Part shown: piece by piece, positions 1 to 10,211 of the stretch
Layout: every line of letters starts with the position of its first letter
How positions within the stretch are numbered: the first letter of the stretch is position 1
Source of the DNA: Bacillota bacterium
GTDB lineage: Bacteria > Vulcanimicrobiota > JAJTBE01
Direction of reading: 5' to 3'
Assembly (NCBI GenBank): GCA_021287065.1
Contig: JAJTBE010000201.1
Coordinates: 7,728-71,727, forward strand
Length of the DNA stretch: 64,000 bases
Position numbers and translations under genes: made by a program
Notes under the pieces: generated by a model
Told to the model about the DNA's origin: nothing
Databases searched by the model: none
The model's input: only the letters and a program-made list of their open reading frames with translations

Positions 1-69
1 ATCAGTTTCCTTCAGTAACAAATAAAATCATTTTTTTCGAAGGATATAAGATTCCCGCAAAGAAAATTC

Positions 70-1098
70 ATGACAAATTTATTGCAATTAAGTCTGAAAG
101 GGGTAAACAAAGTGAAAGCATATAAAGGTGTTGCTTTGATTGCCGTTACAATGGTTTTGATCGCATTTATTGCGTGTTCATTTATGCCCGTTTTTGCCCG
201 GGGAAACGCCTCGGACAGAGAGCGTCACGGCAGACAGGGCCGGGCGGTAATTCTCGAAGATACAAATGACGGGGACGACAGTCCCACTCCGGCAAAGACT
301 GCCGGAAAATCGACTCCCGCTCCGGTAAAAACCGCTGAGACACCGGCTCCTGCAAAAACAGAGCAGGCTCCCGCCAATGATGTTAAAAACACTGATGATC
401 AGGACGATTCAGGTGCACCCACACCGGTTAAAACTGTTATAACTCCCAAACCCGTATCGCCTGACAGCGGAAGCACTTCAACAAAATCAACACCCACACC
501 GGCAAAACCTTCCGCCACCCCGATGAAACCGGTTCCTTCACCGGGTAAGCCCGCAGCTTCACCCACAAAACCGGTTCAGACTCCCAAGGCAAAGGTTTAT
601 ACACCGGCTCCTGAAAAGGAGACTCCGGCTAAGGTTACAGTTCCAACAGTTAAAACCGAACCCGATGAAGCTCCCTACAAAGGAAGCCACTGGGACTATT
701 TCGCCAAAACCGTGAGATTTACAGTTTCTCAGGAGCAGCAGCTCAGAACCATCCTGAAAAAGGAAAGGGAAAGCATTCTCAAACTCAGACAGGATGCAGA
801 AGCCAGAGTTTTCGCAGTGCTTGATGCAAAACAGAAACCGGTATGGGAAAAAGAGAAACAGGCAGCTAAAAAGATGGGTCCTGACGGTTTTTACAAAAAC
901 CAGGCTCTCATCAATCCCCTGTTCCTTAAAACATTCATAAAAATCACTGATGCCCAGCATGCCAGAATCCACAGTATTTTCTGGGAATATACAAGACAGG
1001 TTGGCAAAATCAGAAGAAGCAATCAGGAAAAGATTGAGAAAATTCTAATGCCTGAGCAGCTTGTCAAATGGGAAGCAGCTACAAGGCACAGAAGATGA
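70..1098 (+). CDS. Membrane-anchored/secreted Pro-Thr-Lys-rich protein with C-terminal Spy/CpxP-like LTxxQ-type repeats
   Basis: N-terminal hydrophobic anchor (VALIAVTMVLIAFIACSF) and a long TPAPxKT low-complexity tract. C-terminal helical repeats VSQEQQL / ITDAQHARI / MPEQLVKW resemble the LTxxQ periplasmic family. GTG at 112 after AAAGGGG is an alternative start. Confidence 0.55.
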   Translation: MTNLLQLSLKGVNKVKAYKGVALIAVTMVLIAFIACSFMPVFARGNASDRERHGRQGRAVILEDTNDGDDSPTPAKTAGKSTPAPVKTAETPAPAKTEQAPANDVKNTDDQDDSGAPTPVKTVITPKPVSPDSGSTSTKSTPTPAKPSATPMKPVPSPGKPAASPTKPVQTPKAKVYTPAPEKETPAKVTVPTVKTEPDEAPYKGSHWDYFAKTVRFTVSQEQQLRTILKKERESILKLRQDAEARVFAVLDAKQKPVWEKEKQAAKKMGPDGFYKNQALINPLFLKTFIKITDAQHARIHSIFWEYTRQVGKIRRSNQEKIEKILMPEQLVKWEAATRHRR

Positions 1099-1108
1099 GG
1101 TATCCGGT

Positions 1109-1387
1109 TTGAACAAGGTTCTGTCAAAAATCAATATAGGTCTGACATTTCTCTTTCTTATATTTTTAACCCTTACATTTCTCTATAAAGACATAATAGT
1201 AGCCATGCATCTTACCCAGACAGAGTCGTGGGTGATTCTGATGTCTATGATTTCGCTTATTCTGATGATTTCATTTTTGCAGACACACCTGACTCTTCCC
1301 TGGAGGATTTTCTGTCTGGCTGCATCTTTTGTAACCCTGATTGAATCTATACTCATGCTGGGTGCATGGGAAAAACTCCTGAAATAA
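1109..1387 (+). CDS. Small hypothetical membrane protein (about 3 TM helices)
   Basis: ORF 1061-1387 is strongly hydrophobic. The likely start is TTG 1109, 8 nt after GAGG. No recognisable family. Confidence 0.4.
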   Translation: MNKVLSKINIGLTFLFLIFLTLTFLYKDIIVAMHLTQTESWVILMSMISLILMISFLQTHLTLPWRIFCLAASFVTLIESILMLGAWEKLLK

Positions 1388-1399
1388 ACGAGGGATAAA

Positions 1400-2197
1400 A
1401 TGAGCACTCCACTAACCGACATTTTCAGCTTTATGGAAGAAATCGCTCCTGCATCGGGGGCGCTTCACTGGGACAATGTGGGCTTGCAGATTGGAAACCC
1501 CGCCGGCAGCGCCGACACGGTTCTCCTTGCTCTTGATATTTCGCCGGGAGTGGTGGAAGAAGCCAAGGAAATAGGCGCTCAGCTTATTCTTACCCATCAT
1601 CCCTTTATTTTCAGGCCCTTCTCATCCATCAACTTCAATACCGTTGAAGGAACTCTGGTGAGAAATCTCATTCAGTCCGATATTACACTGTTTTCCGCCC
1701 ACACCAATCTGGACAGAAGCAACGAAGGCACTGGTGTTACGCTTGCAAAGCTCCTTGAGCTTCAGGATATAAAACACTACACCGACGAACCTGCAGACGA
1801 GCTTAATCTCGCCATAACCGGCAGATATGACGAACCTAAATCTTTTAATGAAATATCGGATTTATTCTGCAGGCACTCAGGCTGCAACCACCTGCGGATA
1901 ATAGGCCATCCTGACAGAATCAGTTCTGTGGTGGTTATCCCCGGCAGCGGGGGAAGCCTGATTAATAAAATACGGAAACCCTTCGACCTGATATTTACAG
2001 GCGAACTAACATATCATGATGCGCTGTCCGCCCTTTACCAGGGCAAGTCCATTGCAGTGGCAGGGCACTATTTCTCTGAAAAACCGGTAATGCACCATCT
2101 TAAAAAGCTTATGGAGGAAAAATTTCCGGGACTAAATCTGAAAGTATCAAGCCGTGATGGCGAACCTTTCAGAATGATGTGGCTGGAAAGGCAATAA
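1400..2197 (+). CDS. Nif3-like dinuclear metal center protein (GTP cyclohydrolase 1 type 2 homolog)
   Basis: HWDNVGLQIG and LTHHPFIF motifs plus C-terminal GHYFSE are typical of NIF3/YqfO. GAGGGA RBS lies upstream. Confidence 0.9.
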   Translation: MSTPLTDIFSFMEEIAPASGALHWDNVGLQIGNPAGSADTVLLALDISPGVVEEAKEIGAQLILTHHPFIFRPFSSINFNTVEGTLVRNLIQSDITLFSAHTNLDRSNEGTGVTLAKLLELQDIKHYTDEPADELNLAITGRYDEPKSFNEISDLFCRHSGCNHLRIIGHPDRISSVVVIPGSGGSLINKIRKPFDLIFTGELTYHDALSALYQGKSIAVAGHYFSEKPVMHHLKKLMEEKFPGLNLKVSSRDGEPFRMMWLERQ

Positions 2198-2201
2198 CAA
2201 A

Positions 2202-2774
2202 ATGGAACTACCACACGGAATAACCGGCAAACTGGCGGAACCCATCGAAAAAATACTGTTCACCGAACAGGAAATTCAGGAAAGGGTCAAGGCTCTGGGA
2301 GAACAGCTTACCAGAGATTATCAGGGGAAAGATCTCCTGGTGGTCTGTGTACTCAAAGGCTCCCTCTATTTTACCGCTGATTTGATCCGGCATATCAATA
2401 TGCCCCTTTCCCTCGATTTTATATCTGTTTCCTCTTACGGCGACGCCACCCACACTTCAGGCATCGCAAGGATTACCAAAGACCTCGATGAGGACATCGA
2501 AGACAGGCATGTGGTGATTACCGAGGATATTCTCGACACCGGGCTTACCCTTGATTATCTGGTGAAACTCCTTCAACTGCGCAACCCCAGAGAGATAAAA
2601 ATCTGCACACTGCTCGATAAACCATCAAAACGAATAACAGGCATCAGAGCCGATTACTCCGGTTTTGAAATCCCCAACCTCTTTGTTGTTGGTTACGGTC
2701 TCGATTACAAGCATAAATACAGGCATCTGCCTTTTATCTGTACATTCAGGGATGAATTTATTCCAAAAGACTGA
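2202..2774 (+). CDS. hpt: Hypoxanthine phosphoribosyltransferase
   Basis: PRPP-binding motif VVITEDILDTGLTL, plus KDLLVVCVLKGSLYFTADL and DFISVSSYG. Length is 190 aa. Confidence 0.92.
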   Translation: MELPHGITGKLAEPIEKILFTEQEIQERVKALGEQLTRDYQGKDLLVVCVLKGSLYFTADLIRHINMPLSLDFISVSSYGDATHTSGIARITKDLDEDIEDRHVVITEDILDTGLTLDYLVKLLQLRNPREIKICTLLDKPSKRITGIRADYSGFEIPNLFVVGYGLDYKHKYRHLPFICTFRDEFIPKD

Positions 2775-2788
2775 ACTGGAGAAATACT

Positions 2789-3499
2789 ATGAGTCAATTA
2801 TGGCACATGTACCGTCTGAGCCTGCTGGATCAGGAATCGGACAAAAAGAACGAAGAGCTGAGAAAGCTGAAGGACCCGGCGGAAATTGAAAAAGAGTGTA
2901 AAGATCTCGAAAAAGAGATTGCCAGACTCGATGAAGAATCGAAGAAACTTGTGCTTGCAACGAAAAAACTTGAGCTGGAAAGCGAAAGCATAAAGACTCA
3001 CTGGAAATCCATAGAAAAGAAGCTATACAGCGGAAAAACATCCAACACCAAAGAACTTTCAGGATGGCAGACAGAAGTTGCCACTCTGAAAAAGAAACAG
3101 AACAAGATCGAAGAAGAGATCATTGTTCTGATGGAACAGGCTGAAAGCATTGATGAATCCCTTAAAAATTCCCAAAAACAGCTTGAACTCAAAAAAGCTG
3201 AAGCAGAATCGGCATGGAAAAGTTATAAGGAAACAAAGGTTAATCTGGAAAAAGAAATCGCCGAGCTGAAAGATAAACGAACAAAATTAGTTCCCCCCAT
3301 AGATCAGGCTGATCTGAAAAAATACGAGATGCTCCGCAAGCTGAAAGACGACGGCGTAGCTATAGTAAAAATCGAAGAGAACGTATGCGGCGGCTGCTAT
3401 ATGAGCGTGCCGGATATGATGATTAAAAAGGTTCAGACCCTTCATCTTGTAACCTGCAACAACTGCTCAAGAATTTTATACTGGGAGGATGAAAAATAG
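2789..3499 (+). CDS. COG1579/DUF164 coiled-coil zinc-ribbon protein
   Basis: Long Lys/Glu coiled coil followed by CGGC-x19-CNNC. This family commonly follows nif3. GGAG RBS lies 8 nt upstream. Confidence 0.85.
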   Translation: MSQLWHMYRLSLLDQESDKKNEELRKLKDPAEIEKECKDLEKEIARLDEESKKLVLATKKLELESESIKTHWKSIEKKLYSGKTSNTKELSGWQTEVATLKKKQNKIEEEIIVLMEQAESIDESLKNSQKQLELKKAEAESAWKSYKETKVNLEKEIAELKDKRTKLVPPIDQADLKKYEMLRKLKDDGVAIVKIEENVCGGCYMSVPDMMIKKVQTLHLVTCNNCSRILYWEDEK

Positions 3500-6400
3500 C
3501 CCCTCCATGTCGGACATAAGAAAAATCCTGGAAGAATTCAGAAGCGAAGGTGAACTCGACTCAACGGGATACTTCACCCTTGACAGCAAAAAAGCAAGGG
3601 AAAAAATGAAGAAATACCAGTTGATAGATCCACACTACTATGTTCTTGAACTGGTTCAGGCAGCCTGCGCCGGAAATGCCACATTTATCAATGTTTATGT
3701 TGATTCTGACGACTGCATTGTTACATTTGACGGCGAACCTTACGACAGAGATGATTTTGAAAGCATGTATTCAAGCCTTTTTACATCCCAGCACGACATG
3801 AGGCTTGAAAGATTCCGGGAGCTTGCTATCGCCGTTAATTCAGCCATGGCCCTCAATCCTAAATTTATTGAAATCGTATCGGGAGATGGAAAAAAATCAG
3901 CTTCGCTTAACATAACTTCGCCGGTAAAAGAAGAAATCAAAGAGTATGAAAGTGATTTTGACGGAACACGTATTCACATAAAAGAGAGGCTTACCTGGGA
4001 CACCGCAAAGAGATTTTTCTCAGGCTTTATAGCAAAGCAGCTTCCCACCGAGGGGAAGGTTCTAAACTCCCAATGTATCTACTGCCACATTCCCATCACC
4101 CTCAACGGGGAAATCATAAATCCGCCGGAAAAGCAGAAGCTTCAGGGTGTAATTTTTGATAAGGACATTAAACTGGATCACAGCCGGGGTATGGTAGGGG
4201 TACCCGACTCCCCTTACAAACTTTCACATCTGCAGTTAATGAAATGGGGAGTGATAATAAACAGCCGTTCTATGAAACTGGGGTATCTGCCCATAATCGG
4301 CTATATCGAAGCCAATCGGCTCATCAAAAATGCTTCCCAGACAGACATTGTGGAAAACGAAGTCTATAAAAAACTTATGAAGGATTTGTCCGAGCTTGCT
4401 CCCCAGCTTCTTGACTCAGCCGTTGAAATATTCGGACGGCAGGAGACACAGACCGACGAAAAACTTCTCCTGGCTATGAAAGACATACTGAATCAGGCTC
4501 TGCGGTTTGAATTCAGAGTTGATAATTTTATTAAGGATCCTTCGCCCATTCTTTTAAAAATCGCCCCTCTCCCGATATTTACAACAGTATCAGGCAAACT
4601 GATAAGTTTAAACGAAATTGTGGAGCAGTATAAGAAAACCGGTTTTGTGCCATATTCGCAGCGATGCTTTATTTATGAGCATCCCGATAAGCTGAAGGTG
4701 CTTCTGATTCAGGATAATGATATGAAAAGCCTGATTGACGTGATGTTCAGAAACCGGAAGCGGGATGTTGAAGCTGATTTTGGCAGAAGTATGCTCAGAG
4801 ATCACAATATTGCTCTGTGGAGCACAAGGAGAACAGGGCAGTTAAACCTGCAGCCCGGCACATTTGCCCGGAAAACTTTCACCGACGGCAGCATCACCGG
4901 TTCACTGGGTCTTGCCCAGAGAAACCCCGATGATTTCTGTCGTATATCTTTCCATAAGGAAACAGGTATTATATGCGAAAAATATCTGGATCTGGGCGGA
5001 ATATACTTTGATGCGGTGGTCAACAACGACAGCCTGAGCCCGGTTTATACCTGGGATGATATTGAAACTGACTCCGAATTTGTAAAAACAATTCAGGCTC
5101 TGCTTATGCAGCTCAAACCGGTATATACGGAAATTGCCGCACAATATACAAGCCACCTTGAAAACGGAAAAACCGTAAGCGAATCAAGAAGAGTGCATTT
5201 GATTAGATATATGTCCCTTCTTCTTAAAAACACCGGAGAGGAACAACAGGAATCCTCAGCCACCGGCAAAAAGAAAAAGGCGGCTAAAAGGGTTTTTCAC
5301 TGCAAAACAGGACAGACTCTTTTCGAATCGAGAAAAACAACACCAAAGGACCCAAATGCCATAATAGAAATTCCCGATATGGGCCTTGCAATGCCCGAGG
5401 AATTTATTTATCTCAGGGTTTTCAATACCGTATCAGGTGGAATGGTCAGTCTGAATGATCTGCAGAAAGACCTTGAAAAATACTTCAAAGTTCATTTTTT
5501 AAGAAAAGATATGCCGGGAAAACAGATTGACGACAGACTGATTGTTGTAGTTAAAGACAAGGAAGAGGAGCTTCTCAAAAGATTCTTCGGCTGGTACAAG
5601 GTTGAAGATTACAGCAACGGTTTTACACAGGAACAGGAAGCGCAGAAAAATCTCAGCAGACCGGAGGAACAGCCTGAGATTAAAGAAGATACAATCATTA
5701 AGTTTCCCATAAATATCAGAGAAATCAGAGGCGAATTAGGCCTGCTGAATCGTGATGATATTGACTCCTATGCAGTAAAAATGGTGGAGGGAAAAATAAC
5801 CCAGACAGTAGCTGCTACGGTAAAAGTGTTGAAGATGAACCGGTACATTACCACAATCAAAATGGAATTCCCCATTCATGGAATAGCCGCAGCTCTCAAT
5901 TCTGACAGAATTTCGGTAAACAAATCCTGGGATCAGATCATTGAAAATGAACAGTATAAAGAACTGAGACAGGCAGTAATACAGGGTTTAAAAGAGATAG
6001 CAGCTTTTATAATAGATCAGAATCCTGATCTGAATGTTAGGGAAAACTTCAGACAGAAAAGATTCCTTTTTGAATTTGCAGGATACTGGCTTTGCCGTAT
6101 AGATTATCAGAAAAAGATAAACCCACAGACAAACCCGGATTCTACACTTTCAGACATAATCACAAATACAATCAATGGTTATCTGGAAAGCGTTTCCCTG
6201 AAAAACACCCCGGTAAAAATACCCACTCCTGATGATATACTCAAAGAACGCCTGATGCAGACAAAACTTTTCAGAACCACTGAAAATAGTGTTTATGCAA
6301 GTCTTGAGGATCTATGGGAAAACAAGAGGAAATTCGGCAAAATCGCCTATGTGGGCAAAGAGATTGCCGGCAGGCTTGAAAACGAACGGATGATACCTAT

Positions 6401-8423
6401 CCTCAGCACCATGGAGGAAAACGCAGTTCGTTCGGTTTTAGGCAAAGACTCACTCGAAAATGTGGAGTCTATTCTCAAGGCAAACCAGGCTTTCGAATAC
6501 ATCAAAAACTCAAAGCCCAGACAACAGGCTGTTATTTCCGCTGTTGATCCTCTGGTGAAGTTAAACATAGATGAAGAAGGCATTACAGGGGAAATCGGCA
6601 TTACAGGCACAGGCAGGCTGACTAATAAAGGCGTAGTAGTAATGCTTCTTAAAGAATCCAGAAGTATAAATTCAAGATCATTCGATTATCCTATCCATCT
6701 TGAAGCCTGCATAAACTATGACAAATTAAAGCCTATGTCCAACTGGTCCGATGTGGTGGAAGACGAAAATTACAAAAAAGTGGTGGAATGTCTTAAACGA
6801 CATTCATTCAAAGCTTTAACGACTCTTTTTGAAAAATACAACATTATGAGTATTGAAAACAAGGCAAAGGCGGAAATATACTTCCTTACTTACCTGATAC
6901 ATTCATTCGGAACATATTCGGATGTTGTGAGGAGTAAAAGTGATTCCTTTGTGATGAAGCTTGCATCACTCAGGATTCTTCCAGTTCTCGGAGGGAGAAA
7001 AATAAGTCTGGCGGAGCTTATCGAATACTATAAGGTAAATAATAAAATTCCTTATGTCAATTATGCGGCGGAGCATGATTCCCAGGGAATTGATGAGATT
7101 ATTCTTGTTTTGAACGGTGAAACCCACGGGCTTCTGAAAAAGATGTTCTACAACTTCCGGGAATGCACCCAGGACCTTCAGCTTCGCAAAATTGCAGAGA
7201 AAAATATGGAAAAACCTCCTGTTGAAAAGCTCAGCATTGACAGTGAATATATTTATAAAGTGCAAATTAATAAAGCGGGGATAACAGGCGAGCTTGGCAT
7301 TCCTGCTCAATATCTGTCATCGGAGAAGATACTGTTTACCCGGAAAATGATTCCGGTTGTGGAGAAAAACCTGTATTCCCAGTCCAGAATCTTCGGTATT
7401 CTTGAATCCCCGGAATTCAGGACCGACAAAGCTTTTACCGATGTTACGCTCTTCCAGTCGGAAAAAAGAACGATTCTGGAATATATATACAAACTTTACA
7501 GCGGTCTGGCAGACCTTTATCCCGGAATGGAAGAGGCAATAACCAGAGAAACTGCAAGGCAGTTCCTGCTTAGTTTTTATATTGAACAGAAGTTTCAGGT
7601 TCAGACAGAGTTCAGGATAATGGAATCAAAACTTGAGAAGAAAATCGGTTCGCTGCCCCTTCTGCCCATAAGCGACGGAAGGTATGCAGGGATTGATGTG
7701 GCGTTGAATTCTGCGGAAAGACTGGGTTATATCGGATACATCCATACGGGAGATAAGGTTTATTCTCCTGTGGATGAAATTGTTTTCAGATTTGACGATT
7801 TCGATTTTGACTACAGTTTCTGCAAAAAACTGGCAGGTTCGGATAAAGTCAGGTACCAGAAGGAATTGACAATTCCGCCGGTTCAAATTGAACCCTTATC
7901 TTCACATGAGGAAGGGTTAAAGGCGGAGCATGTGGAAACTGTTCGGGATTCAGCTCCGGCTCCCGAAGGGGAGTCCGTTTCCGTTTCAGATGAAACCGTA
8001 CGGGAAACCGCTGAATCACAGTCATTACGGGAACCGGAACTTACCCCGGATCAGAAACTGCTGTATGCACTCAGACGGGAATTCAGACTAATAAGGGAAA
8101 CAGGTGATTATAAACTGTCCGATGATATTTTACAGAATATGAACATCTGTAGTAAGGAAGGACAACCGCCTGTATTATTTAACGGAAAAACTTCAACACT
8201 TCTGATTAATACGGTCCATCCATTTATCGGGACATTAACCGGAAGACTGGAACAAACTCCTGAAGCCATATATTATCTGCTGTCAGTTATATACAGTACG
8301 ATAAACAGGGAGCTAAAGGAGATAGAGGACAGGGATGAGCTGGCTTTCCAGATGGTAATGCTGGATTATCTGCTCAAACCTGCTAAAATATCAAACAAAA
8401 AACCGGATGCTCTACCGGTTTGA
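3489..8423 (+). CDS. Giant (1644 aa) hypothetical cytoplasmic protein: degenerate GHKL-like N-terminus plus five about 270-aa tandem modules
   Basis: Uninterrupted ORF with no TM or signal peptide. N-terminal ELVQAACAGNATFINVYV resembles a GHKL N-box lacking the Asn. Five repeats carry G-[IL]-[TR]-G-[ES]-[LI]-G-[LI] and W-x-D-[IV]-[IV]-E-[ND]-E-x-Y-K motifs. Overlaps the upstream gene by 11 nt and prs by 4 nt. The exact start is uncertain (ATG 3489 or 3507). Confidence 0.8.
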   Translation: MKNSPSMSDIRKILEEFRSEGELDSTGYFTLDSKKAREKMKKYQLIDPHYYVLELVQAACAGNATFINVYVDSDDCIVTFDGEPYDRDDFESMYSSLFTSQHDMRLERFRELAIAVNSAMALNPKFIEIVSGDGKKSASLNITSPVKEEIKEYESDFDGTRIHIKERLTWDTAKRFFSGFIAKQLPTEGKVLNSQCIYCHIPITLNGEIINPPEKQKLQGVIFDKDIKLDHSRGMVGVPDSPYKLSHLQLMKWGVIINSRSMKLGYLPIIGYIEANRLIKNASQTDIVENEVYKKLMKDLSELAPQLLDSAVEIFGRQETQTDEKLLLAMKDILNQALRFEFRVDNFIKDPSPILLKIAPLPIFTTVSGKLISLNEIVEQYKKTGFVPYSQRCFIYEHPDKLKVLLIQDNDMKSLIDVMFRNRKRDVEADFGRSMLRDHNIALWSTRRTGQLNLQPGTFARKTFTDGSITGSLGLAQRNPDDFCRISFHKETGIICEKYLDLGGIYFDAVVNNDSLSPVYTWDDIETDSEFVKTIQALLMQLKPVYTEIAAQYTSHLENGKTVSESRRVHLIRYMSLLLKNTGEEQQESSATGKKKKAAKRVFHCKTGQTLFESRKTTPKDPNAIIEIPDMGLAMPEEFIYLRVFNTVSGGMVSLNDLQKDLEKYFKVHFLRKDMPGKQIDDRLIVVVKDKEEELLKRFFGWYKVEDYSNGFTQEQEAQKNLSRPEEQPEIKEDTIIKFPINIREIRGELGLLNRDDIDSYAVKMVEGKITQTVAATVKVLKMNRYITTIKMEFPIHGIAAALNSDRISVNKSWDQIIENEQYKELRQAVIQGLKEIAAFIIDQNPDLNVRENFRQKRFLFEFAGYWLCRIDYQKKINPQTNPDSTLSDIITNTINGYLESVSLKNTPVKIPTPDDILKERLMQTKLFRTTENSVYASLEDLWENKRKFGKIAYVGKEIAGRLENERMIPILSTMEENAVRSVLGKDSLENVESILKANQAFEYIKNSKPRQQAVISAVDPLVKLNIDEEGITGEIGITGTGRLTNKGVVVMLLKESRSINSRSFDYPIHLEACINYDKLKPMSNWSDVVEDENYKKVVECLKRHSFKALTTLFEKYNIMSIENKAKAEIYFLTYLIHSFGTYSDVVRSKSDSFVMKLASLRILPVLGGRKISLAELIEYYKVNNKIPYVNYAAEHDSQGIDEIILVLNGETHGLLKKMFYNFRECTQDLQLRKIAEKNMEKPPVEKLSIDSEYIYKVQINKAGITGELGIPAQYLSSEKILFTRKMIPVVEKNLYSQSRIFGILESPEFRTDKAFTDVTLFQSEKRTILEYIYKLYSGLADLYPGMEEAITRETARQFLLSFYIEQKFQVQTEFRIMESKLEKKIGSLPLLPISDGRYAGIDVALNSAERLGYIGYIHTGDKVYSPVDEIVFRFDDFDFDYSFCKKLAGSDKVRYQKELTIPPVQIEPLSSHEEGLKAEHVETVRDSAPAPEGESVSVSDETVRETAESQSLREPELTPDQKLLYALRREFRLIRETGDYKLSDDILQNMNICSKEGQPPVLFNGKTSTLLINTVHPFIGTLTGRLEQTPEAIYYLLSVIYSTINRELKEIEDRDELAFQMVMLDYLLKPAKISNKKPDALPV

Positions 8424-9475
8424 AAGCAGGGAAAATAATGGATTCATCATCCGATCTGATTCAGAACCACTGCAAGAAGGGAATATGGAAAGCAGCTCTT
8501 GAACTTGAAGAGTCCGAACGGATTCCACTAAGAGATGAAAAGATAAAGCTCTTTGCGGGCAATTCCCATCCTGATCTGGCGAGAGCCATTTCAGAATATC
8601 TGGAAGTTCCGCTTTCAAGAGCTACTGTATCCAAATTCACCAATGATGAGACCAGGGTTCAAATTGAGGAGTCGGTAAGAGGCTACGAAGTATTCGTCAT
8701 TCAGTCCATGTGCTATCCGGTAAACGACAGCATAATGGAACTTCTGATTATGGTTGACGCCCTTGCAAGAGCGTCAGCAAGTGTGGTTAATGTAGTGGCG
8801 CCTTACTTCGGATATGCAAAACAGGAAAAGAAGACCGCAGGCAGAGAACCAATCAGCGCCAAACTGGTTGCCAACCTGCTGACAGTGGCGGGAGCCAACA
8901 GAGTGATCACAATGGATCTCCACGCAGCCGCCATTCAGGGATTTTTCGACATCCCTCTGGACAACCTGTTCGCCCTTCCATTATTTGAATATTTTTATAA
9001 AGAGAAGGGAATAGTCGGCAGCGATGTGGTAGTAGTATCACCGGACGCCGGCGGTGTGGCAAGAGCCCGGCATTTTGCGGAAAGACTCAACGCCACAATG
9101 GCAATTATTTTCAAACGCCGCCCTGAGCCTGATAAAAACGAGATAATCGAAATAGTCGGCGATGTCAAGGGAAAACGGGCAATAATCATCGATGACATGA
9201 TCTCCACAGGAGGCACTCTTGTAAAAGGCGCTGAAATGATAAAAAGTATGGGAGCCACAGAAATATATGCGTGCGCCACCCATCCTATTTTAGCGGGAAA
9301 TGCCGTCCAGAGGATCATCGAATCACCCATAGATGAAGTTGCTATGACCGATACAATTCCCATTCCCGATTCGGCACTTCACACAAAATTCTGTAAAATT
9401 TCCGTAGCGGGTATGTTTGGAGAATCGATACGAAGGAATTTCTATAACTTCTCCATGAGTAAAATCTTCTTCTAA
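8420..9475 (+). CDS. prs: Ribose-phosphate pyrophosphokinase
   Basis: KLFAGNSHPDLA, DLHAAAIQGFFDIPLDNL and the PRPP loop IIDDMISTGGTL. TTG 8420 overlaps the previous stop, and ATG 8438 is an alternative start. Either start gives an N-terminal extension of about 40 aa over typical Prs. Confidence 0.9.
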   Translation: MKAGKIMDSSSDLIQNHCKKGIWKAALELEESERIPLRDEKIKLFAGNSHPDLARAISEYLEVPLSRATVSKFTNDETRVQIEESVRGYEVFVIQSMCYPVNDSIMELLIMVDALARASASVVNVVAPYFGYAKQEKKTAGREPISAKLVANLLTVAGANRVITMDLHAAAIQGFFDIPLDNLFALPLFEYFYKEKGIVGSDVVVVSPDAGGVARARHFAERLNATMAIIFKRRPEPDKNEIIEIVGDVKGKRAIIIDDMISTGGTLVKGAEMIKSMGATEIYACATHPILAGNAVQRIIESPIDEVAMTDTIPIPDSALHTKFCKISVAGMFGESIRRNFYNFSMSKIFF

Positions 9476-9489
9476 TATATAATATATTG

Positions 9490-9519
9490 TTGACAGATTG
9501 CCCGTAAATATGGTAAAAA
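9490..9519 (+). promoter_or_regulatory. Sigma-70-type promoter for rplY(ctc)-pth: -35 TTGACA, 18-bp spacer, extended -10 TGgTAAAAA
   Basis: TTGACA at 9490-9495 and TGG-TAAAAA at 9511-9519, about 45 nt upstream of the L25 start, which has an AAAGGAG RBS. Confidence 0.5.
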
Positions 9520-9564
9520 GAGAAAACGGTTTCATGTCATGTCAAGTTCGAAAGGAGAAAATCC

Positions 9565-10194
9565 ATGCATCAGGTTAATCTGAAGGCTAAAATGAGAGAT
9601 AACACCGGCAAAAACTTTTGCAAAAAAGTCAGACAGGCCGGTGGCGTTCCTGCTGTAATTTACGGCAACAAGATGGAAAATGTTCTCGTTTCAGTCGATA
9701 CCTCAGAGTTCGTAAAAGCCATTACTTCAAGCGCAGGCACAAGAATCATCGTAAATCTTAATGTAGAATCAGGCAAAGAGACAAAAGAATACACAACAAT
9801 GATTTCAGAGATTCAGAAAGATGTATTCCAGAAAAAATACTTCCATATCGATTTTCATAAAGTTTCACTGGATGAGAAGACCCACTCAGATGTCCCCGTA
9901 ACATTACGCGGAGAATCAAAAGGCGTCAAAAACGGTGGAATGCTTGATCAGCTGATATGGCGTATACAGGTAGAAGCTCTTCCCCTCGATCTGCCCGAGA
10001 AAATTGAAATTGATATCACCAACCTCGAAGAAGGCCAGTCAATTAGCGTAAAAGACATAGTCCTTCCCGAAGGCGTCCATTCACTGGTAGATGCAAGCGA
10101 AATGATCGCCATCGTACATGCTCCCAAAGTAGCACGGGAAGAAACACCCGCTGAACCAGTAGCTGCAGCCGGCAAAGGCAAAGGCAAAAAGTAG
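9565..10194 (+). CDS. rplY: 50S ribosomal protein L25 / general stress protein Ctc
   Basis: L25 N-domain (GGVPAVIYG) plus a Ctc-type C-terminal extension ending in a GKGKGKK tail. Conserved prs-ctc-pth gene order. Confidence 0.9.
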   Translation: MHQVNLKAKMRDNTGKNFCKKVRQAGGVPAVIYGNKMENVLVSVDTSEFVKAITSSAGTRIIVNLNVESGKETKEYTTMISEIQKDVFQKKYFHIDFHKVSLDEKTHSDVPVTLRGESKGVKNGGMLDQLIWRIQVEALPLDLPEKIEIDITNLEEGQSISVKDIVLPEGVHSLVDASEMIAIVHAPKVAREETPAEPVAAAGKGKGKK

Positions 10195-10211
10195 GAGCTT
10201 AGTGTCGTCAG

